Source of the DNA: an uncultured Deferribacteres bacterium
Lineage (GTDB): Bacteria; Zhuqueibacterota; Zhuqueibacteria; Zhuqueibacterales; Geothermadaptataceae
Length of the DNA stretch: 23,920 nucleotides
NCBI GenBank assembly: GCA_964014485.1
Contig: CAXHAT010000126.1
Coordinates: forward strand, 1 to 23,920
Direction: 5' to 3'
The position numbers and the translations under genes were made by a program. The notes beneath the pieces are model-generated. The model did no database searches and was not told the DNA's origin. It was given only the letters and a program-made list of their open reading frames with translations. Every line of letters begins with the position of its first letter. Position 1 is the stretch's first letter. This document shows, piece by piece, positions 16,703 through 23,920 of the stretch.

Positions 16703-18085
16703 CTATCGCTGGGTTTTCAACTCCAGACACAATTGACATCGCAGCGGTGCGCAGTAATTTTTGTGCAGATGAATCAATCCTTGCTGAAAAAGCGCGCGTC
16801 TGGCGGATTGACGCGGCGGGGTTTCTCCGGGGAAGAGCTGGGCGTGCATTTTTCGGGTAATCTCGTTTTCTTGCAAAGCAGGAAAATTTGCAAAGATTTC
16901 GTCAATACGGTTAGCCAGGCTGGCGTTGCCGCTGCTTTCAGCATACAATTTCAGGATGGGAAGAACGACATTGATCAACAAGTCGTCCGCGCGTTGCGCT
17001 CCAACGAGCGCCCCCAAGGATTTGCTGCGTTTTCCCGGATTCTTCCGGTTCACAAAATCATAGTTTTCCGCCCAAAAACCTTCGGCCTTGACTAGAAAGA
17101 AAGCCCGCAGTTCTGAAATGATCCGTTTGATCTTTTTGTCACTTCCAGTCACGCTCCCGATCAAAGTTTCGAGCATGCCTTTTTGGAAAAATCGCAGCAC
17201 GATTTCGGCGACGGCGGCGATGCGGCGCGCGGGAAAATTCTGGGGTCTCAGCTTAAAACTGATCCACTCCGAACGATCCAGCGGACGCAATTGCAAAGGA
17301 TAACGCAGGCTCTCCCATAGCTGCTTTCGCGGGTGAGCGTACGCTAAAACTTCGGCGTCCAATTCATCGTCCAGAGCGTCAAAAAATCCCGCGCCGCCAA
17401 AAAGAAGCGTGGACACGATCATGTCGGGAGACGCTGAGCGCGTGTTGCGGATTTCAGAAAAGAGCAAACCGATGGGCAGCAAGCTTGCGAGACGCAGGAA
17501 AGGTTTTTGATTTTTTGAATAACCAAGCGCCTCGGCGACGCCGCTGTATAAAAGCTGATCCCAACTGATTTCATCGACCAACTCGTCGAAGCGAGCGGTT
17601 TTTTGCCGTACGCGATGTTTTCCCGCGACCTCTACCGTGGTCAAAATATCGCTCATATCGCAGTCGCGCAACGGGCAGACTTGCAGCGGCTCAAGAGATT
17701 CTTTATGCTCAGAGTTCGGATTTTCAGCCGGCAAAACTTCCTTTGGTACGAGCGTTTGCAGCACTTCCTGGCCATTTTCGCAAATAATTTCCGGGGCGGA
17801 GTTGCGCTGAACCAAAGCGAGGTGCAAGATGACGCCGTTATAACCCGGGTCTTGATGATGTTGGTGATTGTACCAATCTCTCGCGTCAAGATGTATTTCA
17901 ATATCGCCGGTAAAAAGCCGTCCGTCAATTTTTAGCACCGCACCACGAAAATCCGGGCCCGCGTCGCGATTATAATCTCCACGACGGACGACCTCGATTT
18001 GCCGCCCTGTCGTTGAAGAAAGTTTTTGCTTAAAATAATTGGAATTCCGCCAGAAGCTGTGAAGGTCTTTTTCGGAAAGATGCAC
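16703..18085 (-). CDS. DUF2851 family protein
   Basis: E..L...W, G.YN.DAGPDF, GDIEIH....W..H.H..DP.YN.VILH, RPQNFP.RR, C-terminal QGLIHL...YC...C..C. Confidence 0.82.
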   Translation of the reverse strand: MHLSEKDLHSFWRNSNYFKQKLSSTTGRQIEVVRRGDYNRDAGPDFRGAVLKIDGRLFTGDIEIHLDARDWYNHQHHQDPGYNGVILHLALVQRNSAPEIICENGQEVLQTLVPKEVLPAENPNSEHKESLEPLQVCPLRDCDMSDILTTVEVAGKHRVRQKTARFDELVDEISWDQLLYSGVAEALGYSKNQKPFLRLASLLPIGLLFSEIRNTRSASPDMIVSTLLFGGAGFFDALDDELDAEVLAYAHPRKQLWESLRYPLQLRPLDRSEWISFKLRPQNFPARRIAAVAEIVLRFFQKGMLETLIGSVTGSDKKIKRIISELRAFFLVKAEGFWAENYDFVNRKNPGKRSKSLGALVGAQRADDLLINVVLPILKLYAESSGNASLANRIDEIFANFPALQENEITRKMHAQLFPGETPPRQSARRALFQQGLIHLHKNYCAPLRCQLCLELKTQR

Positions 18086-18111
18086 TTGGTCTCCCCCATT
18101 CTAAAATTCGT

Positions 18112-20505
18112 CTACAAATTCAACCAATAATCCGCTTTCAAAAGCACGGCGCGATCGTTGGCTTGAAAAACGTCGCCGCCGGCGTCCCATAGCTGGTTGA
18201 AAACGATGTAAATATTGCTGCCGGGACGATAGTAAAAATTATAGAGCAGGTTAAAAGAAAGCGACTCATTTCTGTCGTTCCATTGCACAAACGCTTTGGC
18301 GAACATGTCGCGGGAGATGGTGTAGATCAAGCGTGTGGAAAGCACGTTGGTGTTAAAATCGCCGCCGGAGGTGGGTTCGCCTTCGGGCGTGACGCCGTCA
18401 GGTAATTGGACAAAATTATTGCTGTAGTTCAGTTCCCAGGAGAAAAACGGCGACGGCTTGAACGTAAAACCGAATCTGCCGCCGTAGCGCGTGCCGCTAA
18501 AGAATTCGCCGACCGAGCCGCCAACGTTGATCGCGATCGGTTTGCTCTCATCAGTGCGAAAGAAAAAATCGTACTGGAAATATTCGTAAGCGCCTTTCGC
18601 TAAAACAATGTCTTTTTTGGATTCATTGTCAAAATCAAAAACCGTCCAATTGTCATCCAAGTTGTCATAGATTAATTTCGGCCCGGCAAAAAAGACATGC
18701 CCGGCTTCAAATTGCAGAAAAGTCGTCCATTCATATTGGCGTGTTTGCAGCGTATTGGTTCCGTCGGTCAAGTAGCGGATTTGCGGCGCATTGTAGATTC
18801 GGCGCATCCAGCCCAGGCTCTTGGGGCGCAGGCCAAGACCAATTTCAGCATTGTATCGGCGAATATCGGTTCTTTGGATGAATCCCATCTCATTGTTAAA
18901 ATCATCGTCAATTCGCGTGTAGCCGAAATTCGTGTTCCAACGATCCGTGCGTCGGCGAAAGCTAAAATTTCCCGCCCAACCATCACCGTCTGCAATCGAC
19001 GATTGTGTTTTTGCCAGCCAGGAATTGATCGTCGTACTGCCGCCAAAAGCGAAAGCGCCGTCCACGGCAAAAATTCTGTTATAATCGCCTCCGGAAAGCG
19101 CATCTTTTGACTGCACCAATGCACCGATGGAAGACTGAGCAAGCACAGGCTTGCGCGCGCGAAAAACAGAGTAATTTGTGCGGCCCTGAATAAGTTGCGT
19201 TGCATCGTCCGGGCTTTCCAGGCGATCCGTCACGACATCGAGAAAACCAACTTGCAGACCGCCAAGATTGCCTGAGATTTTAGATCCAAGCCGCAAGGGC
19301 ACTTCATGAATTGCACCGTCATCATCTTCAACCAAACCAATTTTTCGGCTATAAAAAAGCGCTTCGCTCGGCCCGCCCCGTCCCGGCCTGGATGAACCGC
19401 CAACGCCAAAAATACCAGCGCCTTCAAGAAAAAAGTCACGTTTTTCAGGGAAGAACAAGTTGAAGCGCGTCAGGTTCGTGCGCTCTTGATCCGCCTCAAC
19501 TTGAGCAAAATCTGTGTTTACGGTCATGTCCGCGATCAGGTTGGCGGTCAGGCCGTATTTCAAATCAAACCCGCCGTTAAAAACGCTGCCAATATCTGAA
19601 GAGCGGCCGATTTCATCCGTTTCAACAATTTTTCTCTGCACGCCTGAGAGATTAAAGGGCGTGATTTCCAGACGCTTGCGAAAAGGCATTTGCTCGAGTC
19701 CAGTCAAGTCCCCGGCTTTGGAGATTTTGTAAAAGCCGCGGTCGCCGAAGCCATAATCCCGCAGGATGGGCGCCCAATAAACGTCTTCACGCTTACGGCG
19801 GATTTCGCGCGCAAAGTTGATCCCCCAGACTGTGGTCTGGCCGGATTTTGGATAGCGTAGTTGGTTCAAAGGAATCTTGAATTCCGCTTCCCATCCTTCA
19901 TCCGTCACTTGCGCCTGAACCTCCCAGACGATGTTCCAATCGCTGTTGATGCTGCGTCCTTCGTCCGTCACCTGCGCGTCAATGCGTGCGGCGCGAGGGT
20001 TCGTCTGGAAATGGAATCCGTTTCTACGATCCAGGTAGGTGTCGATGATGACGCGAACGTTGTCATCGCCGTCCAGCTCGGAATCGTTGCGCATTTCTTT
20101 GGCGAGAATTTTCTCCGGCTCACTGTCGAAGCACTTAAATCCGACATAAAGCGCTTCATTGTCATAAAGAACGCGCACTTCCGTTCGTTCCGAAGCGGGG
20201 GTTCCTTCGCGCGGCTCACGCTGCATGAAATCATCAGTGAATTCCGCCTGTTTCCAAATCGGTTCGTTGAGCAGACCGTCAATTTTAGGCGGTCTTATGG
20301 TTTGGGAGGTTAAATCGCCTTCGCCGGCGCTGCCAATTTGCGCCGGGTCGAAATGCACGCTTCCGTTGTTGTTCGGCTTCTCGGCCTGGTTTTGCGGATG
20401 GGCTTTAATGTACAGGGCGCGCAATGACGGGCGCCGAGGTTGGGCCGAAAGATCCGCGCAAATAAAAATAGAAAGCAGTGTCAATGAGCATGTTATTTTT
20501 TTCAT
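18112..20505 (-). CDS. DUF5916 outer-membrane protein with N-terminal CBM9-like domain
   Basis: PKIDG.L.EPIW, TEVRVLYD..ALY, W.AEFKIP..QLRY, TVNTDFAQVEAD....NLTRF.LFFPEKRDFFLEG, beta-barrel C-terminus YRPGSNIY.VFN. Confidence 0.85.
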   Translation of the reverse strand: MKKITCSLTLLSIFICADLSAQPRRPSLRALYIKAHPQNQAEKPNNNGSVHFDPAQIGSAGEGDLTSQTIRPPKIDGLLNEPIWKQAEFTDDFMQREPREGTPASERTEVRVLYDNEALYVGFKCFDSEPEKILAKEMRNDSELDGDDNVRVIIDTYLDRRNGFHFQTNPRAARIDAQVTDEGRSINSDWNIVWEVQAQVTDEGWEAEFKIPLNQLRYPKSGQTTVWGINFAREIRRKREDVYWAPILRDYGFGDRGFYKISKAGDLTGLEQMPFRKRLEITPFNLSGVQRKIVETDEIGRSSDIGSVFNGGFDLKYGLTANLIADMTVNTDFAQVEADQERTNLTRFNLFFPEKRDFFLEGAGIFGVGGSSRPGRGGPSEALFYSRKIGLVEDDDGAIHEVPLRLGSKISGNLGGLQVGFLDVVTDRLESPDDATQLIQGRTNYSVFRARKPVLAQSSIGALVQSKDALSGGDYNRIFAVDGAFAFGGSTTINSWLAKTQSSIADGDGWAGNFSFRRRTDRWNTNFGYTRIDDDFNNEMGFIQRTDIRRYNAEIGLGLRPKSLGWMRRIYNAPQIRYLTDGTNTLQTRQYEWTTFLQFEAGHVFFAGPKLIYDNLDDNWTVFDFDNESKKDIVLAKGAYEYFQYDFFFRTDESKPIAINVGGSVGEFFSGTRYGGRFGFTFKPSPFFSWELNYSNNFVQLPDGVTPEGEPTSGGDFNTNVLSTRLIYTISRDMFAKAFVQWNDRNESLSFNLLYNFYYRPGSNIYIVFNQLWDAGGDVFQANDRAVLLKADYWLNL

Positions 20506-20527
20506 AAAGTCGTCCGGTTAAAACTAT

Positions 20528-20731
20528 TTCACTACCTGACCTTTTTGCCTAGGCTTCTAAAGCTGGCAAAATAGGCCGGAATTGTCATACTGAAAGCGTC
20601 TTTTTTGATCCGCCCTTTGAACTTTTGAGCATGATCTGTACTGGGCGATAACAAAGATTCCTGCAGAATGACAAAACGGGACCTTTAGACGGCTCGAAAA
20701 TGCAGTTTACAAAAAAGTGTCAGGTAGAGAG
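20528..20731 (+). mobile_element. MITE family A, copy 3 (more diverged)
   Basis: About 90% identical to copy 1 by manual alignment; flanks AAAACTAT (20520-20527) and GAAACTAT (20732-20739). Confidence 0.88.
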
Positions 20732-20744
20732 GAAACTATCGGCC

Positions 20745-21905
20745 TTAATTCGCACCCGTCCCTGGTTCTTTGAGATTTAAGCCTCGCCGCCTTCCAAGAA
20801 TCAACCCTGTCCCGCCGACGATATCTTCGTTGTTTAGATCGAAGGACAAGCTGTCTAACGCGTCGATGATTCTGTTCTTGCGCTTTTCAGAAGCAAGCGT
20901 CGGTTGAAACAGAACTTCGCTGTTATCAATGTTCAGCGGGATGATTTTCGCATAAAGCAAGCCTTCGCGATCCATAAAAACTTTTAAGAGCATGCTGTCA
21001 ATCGCCGTCCCGGAGTAGACTGAAAATGCCAAATTTCCGAGCGAATAAGCGATCAACCTGTTTTTGTAGATCTCAAGACCTTGCAGAACATGCGGGTGAT
21101 GTCCAAGAATTAAGTCGGCGCCATGATCGATTGCGAGACGCGCGAAATAGATTTGATAATCGTTTGGGGTCGTCTTTTTCTCCGTTCCCCAATGAAACGA
21201 GACGACAGTAAAATCCGCCTGTTGTTCTAAATATTCCAGGTAGCGAATTAGTCTTTTTTCATAAGGATATGCCGTGCCGCCCTGCTCATCGGTCGCCCAA
21301 AATTCAGTTGGAAACGTCATGGCGAAAGCGAGAAGCGCTACCTTCCCAACGCGCGTTTCTACCACTGCGGGCTGCCAGGCGTCATCCAGCGTTAAACCGG
21401 CTCCTGCATAGGCCATTCCAATGTTGTCCAACGCGACCAGAGTCTGCTCAAGGCCGCCAATTCCATAGTCCAGGATATGGTTATTCGCAAGGCTCAATAA
21501 ATTGAAGCCGCCAGTCTTCAAGCCTTTTGCATGACGAGTCGGCACTTTGAAGGTGAATTTCTTATCTTCAACCGCACTGCCTGTGTCGGCCAGAGGCGCT
21601 TCCAGGTTGCCAAATGCGACGTCGGCGTCTTGCAATACCTCAGAGAAATTTCGATAAGGATAGTCCGAACCATGCTTGTTCAAGAAGGGAGCGGTCCAAT
21701 GACCAACCATGACGTCACCGCCGGCGACAATGCTGAGAAAACGCGACTCCGTCTGTGCGATTTGTTTTCTCGGCGTATCAATGCTCAATCGGCGACTTTT
21801 TATTTGCAGCGTTTCTTGTTGGGAGAATAAAGAGTGTGGAGCAACACACCCGATAATGCTCGAAAAGACCAGCAATTGCAGCAGGCGTTTAACTGGAAAG
21901 TCCAA
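20745..21905 (-). CDS. CapA / PGA_cap family metallophosphoesterase-like protein
   Basis: GGDVM, GNLE, LANNH.LDYG, FHWG.E, ILGHHPHVLQ, YSLGN; start uncertain (TTG at 21905 or 21932) before a hydrophobic segment. Confidence 0.85.
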   Translation of the reverse strand: MDFPVKRLLQLLVFSSIIGCVAPHSLFSQQETLQIKSRRLSIDTPRKQIAQTESRFLSIVAGGDVMVGHWTAPFLNKHGSDYPYRNFSEVLQDADVAFGNLEAPLADTGSAVEDKKFTFKVPTRHAKGLKTGGFNLLSLANNHILDYGIGGLEQTLVALDNIGMAYAGAGLTLDDAWQPAVVETRVGKVALLAFAMTFPTEFWATDEQGGTAYPYEKRLIRYLEYLEQQADFTVVSFHWGTEKKTTPNDYQIYFARLAIDHGADLILGHHPHVLQGLEIYKNRLIAYSLGNLAFSVYSGTAIDSMLLKVFMDREGLLYAKIIPLNIDNSEVLFQPTLASEKRKNRIIDALDSLSFDLNNEDIVGGTGLILGRRRGLNLKEPGTGAN

Positions 21906-21948
21906 TCGAGCATGACCGGGAAGCGTTCTCAAAGCGGAAGGGAAAAAA

Positions 21949-22398
21949 TCAGGCAGCGGCGGGTTGTTTTTCCGCTGTTTCAGCCTGTACTGGTTCACGA
22001 ACTTCGCTCTCTGTTTTTTCTTCGTCCGAGGCGGCATTGGAAGACGGCGCCGAATCTTCAGCTTCGCTCGAAGCAGCCTGTGCTTCGGCGTGCTCAACGC
22101 GCTCGTACTCTTCTTTTTTTAAAGCCAACCGTTCTTTGACGTCATTTAATTTTTCGATCTGGGTTTTCACATTTTCGTCGGCAAAAACGTCAGCTTTCGC
22201 ATCTTCTTCCGCTAAAGCATAAACGCGTGCGCCTAACTGAGTTTTGAACCGGTTCATCTCTTTCTCAAGAGAAAACATGTCCATTTTCAGGCGGCCCATT
22301 CGGCCATACTGTTCGCCCTTGGTCGTCACCTTTTCAAAGCCGTCCTTGACCGTCTTAACAACATCGCCGAAAAGCTTGTCGAATGATTGTTTTGACAT
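21949..22398 (-). CDS. Hypothetical coiled-coil protein with acidic low-complexity tail
   Basis: AAGGAG RBS before the ATG at 22398 (MSKQSFDKLF); helical heptads, Ala/Glu/Ser-rich C-terminus. Confidence 0.75.
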   Translation of the reverse strand: MSKQSFDKLFGDVVKTVKDGFEKVTTKGEQYGRMGRLKMDMFSLEKEMNRFKTQLGARVYALAEEDAKADVFADENVKTQIEKLNDVKERLALKKEEYERVEHAEAQAASSEAEDSAPSSNAASDEEKTESEVREPVQAETAEKQPAAA

Positions 22399-22700
22399 TG
22401 AAACTACTCCTTGTTTTCTTGCTATCGCCTGAAACAGGCGATTAAAATCACCGGTTAATTTAAAGCGGAATTGCTGAAAAAGCAAGATGAAAGGATGCGG
22501 TTTGAATCTTCCCGGAAGTCGCACCGAGCAACGGTTTTCCACCTTTTCAGCAAAGCCTTCGATAAACACGACGATTGCCCGCTTTGAGTTGCATCAATTT
22601 GATTGGCAATATTTGCTTCTAACAAATCTTCTGCTTTATTTGTAACAAAAATGCAAAGCGCAGTTCCTTTGCACCAAACCCGTACTAAAAATATGTGCTG

Positions 22701-23576
22701 ATGGAGATAAACACAGATATAAGACTCGGTGATTGTAAAGACATACTTCAACAATTTCCTGAGAGTTCTGTCGACCTTGTTTTCACCTCACCGCCCTACG
22801 CTGACCAAAGAAAAAACACTTACGGCGGCGTCTCTCCAGAGAAATATGTTGACTGGTTCATGCCGATCGCAAACGAACTTTTCCGAGTTCTCAAGCCGAC
22901 GGGAACCTTTGTTCTCAATATCAAAGAAAAAGTCGTCAACGGCGAGAGGAGCATTTATGTTATGGAATTGATTTTAGAAATGAGAAAACGCGGCTGGCTG
23001 TGGACCGAAGAGTTTATTTGGCATAAAAAAAATTCATACCCCGGGAAATGGCCGAACAGATTTCGAGATTCATGGGAGCGGCTCATCCAATTTAATAAAC
23101 AGAAAAAGTTCAACATGTACCAAGAAGCCGTCATGGTCCCAATGGGCGACTGGGCAAAGAGCAGACTAAAAAATTTAAGTGAGACGGACAAAATCAGGGA
23201 CGAATCAAAAGTTGGCAGCGGTTTTGGTAAAAATATTTCAAACTGGCTGACGCGGGACAAAGCCTATCCAACCAACGTTCTGCACTTGGCAACGGAGTGC
23301 GGCAACAGAAATCACAGCGCAGCATTCCCTGAAGCGCTCCCTGAATGGTTTATCAAACTTTTTACCAAGCCCGGAGATTGCGTTCTTGACCCGTTCGCGG
23401 GTTCGGGCACGACGAATCTGGTTGCACAAAGAATGGGGCGGCATTCGTTAGGAATTGAAATTTTACCCGAATACTATCAAAAAATCAAAGACGCGATCAA
23501 AACGCCGCGACCTGAGCTTTTTGGAGCCGAAGAATATGAATCGAATGCTATTAACGGAAGTCACTCGGTACGTTGA
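22701..23576 (+). CDS. Site-specific amino-DNA methyltransferase, beta class (probably m4C)
   Basis: Motif IV DLVFTSPPY precedes motif I VLDPFAGSGTT; H.A.FPE.LP. Confidence 0.92.
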   Translation: MEINTDIRLGDCKDILQQFPESSVDLVFTSPPYADQRKNTYGGVSPEKYVDWFMPIANELFRVLKPTGTFVLNIKEKVVNGERSIYVMELILEMRKRGWLWTEEFIWHKKNSYPGKWPNRFRDSWERLIQFNKQKKFNMYQEAVMVPMGDWAKSRLKNLSETDKIRDESKVGSGFGKNISNWLTRDKAYPTNVLHLATECGNRNHSAAFPEALPEWFIKLFTKPGDCVLDPFAGSGTTNLVAQRMGRHSLGIEILPEYYQKIKDAIKTPRPELFGAEEYESNAINGSHSVR

Positions 23577-23883
23577 AGAAAACATAGGAATGTTTCATCA
23601 AAAACGAATCGACAGGCTTCAAAAACTTCAGCTCAAAACCGTCCTCAAAAAGAAAAATCCCTATCTGTTTAGAGCAAAACATCTCATGACCGCGGAAGAG
23701 ATTGTTAGAGCCTTGACCGACGCCTTCATTTCATCCAACGAAGAAACCGTTTTTGGAGATTGGCTGGAAGGATTGGCGATTTTTATCAATCAAAAAGTTT
23801 ACAACGGGCGGAAATCTGGCATTAAGGGCGTTGATCTTGAGTTTGATAAAGACTCGGTACGTCAGATTGTGAATATCAAATCA
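23536..23883 (+). CDS. Type II restriction endonuclease, EcoO109I/PmeII-like, 3' truncated (absent from the ORF track)
   Basis: Open frame MNRMLLTEVTRYVEENIGMFHQKRIDRLQKLQLKTVLKKKNPYLFRAK...SSNEETVFGDWLE.LA...KSGIKGVDLEF......IVNIKS, overlapping the MTase stop. Confidence 0.78.
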
Positions 23884-23920
23884 CTGTCTCTTATACACAT
23901 CTCCGAGCCCACGAGACTCC
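23884..23920 (+). other. Illumina Nextera adapter read-through (artefact)
   Basis: CTGTCTCTTATACACATCT (Tn5 mosaic end) + CCGAGCCCACGAGAC + 3 index bases. Confidence 0.98.

Noticed and set aside
3067..20731. CRISPR array or one composite transposon bounded by MITE-A copies
   Set aside because: No regular repeat-spacer period and no cas genes. Copies 1 and 3 each have their own distinct TSD, so they are independent insertions.
21906..22097. Long basic N-terminal extension of CapA in the ORF track
   Set aside because: Overlaps the upstream coiled-coil gene in another frame; a start at 21905 or 21932 is more plausible.
23884..23902. Natural Tn5/IS50 end
   Set aside because: It is the synthetic mosaic end followed by Illumina adapter sequence.

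Overview
Bacterial chromosomal contig end, probably metagenomic. A PorV/PorQ-like barrel plus DUF5916 and DUF2851 genes suggest an FCB-group lineage such as KSB1 or Calditrichota (inference only). Protein-coding content is mostly housekeeping or accessory: polyprenyl synthase, serine hydrolase, iodotyrosine-deiodinase-like nitroreductase, PorV-like protein, PhaR and a phasin, adenosine deaminase, FabF and MenE, plus tRNA-Phe and tRNA-Thr. A ~12-kb run of minus-strand genes follows (GNAT, ABM, SGNH-TPR, CrcB, YbdK, amidohydrolase, DUF2851, DUF5916, CapA, hypothetical). The window ends with a type II RM pair cut off by an untrimmed Nextera adapter. The most interesting signal is non-coding: (i) three copies of a ~205-bp MITE with TIRs and 8-9-bp target duplications; (ii) a second TIR family (CTGATGTTACGC) that appears to wrap different REP-like palindromes; (iii) an orphan integron-cassette-like ABM gene whose attC-like site is cut by a copy of that TIR; (iv) a perfect-consensus sigma70 promoter for phaR with twin palindromic operators. 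No clearly novel multi-gene protein system was seen. Family assignments come from motif recognition, not database searches.
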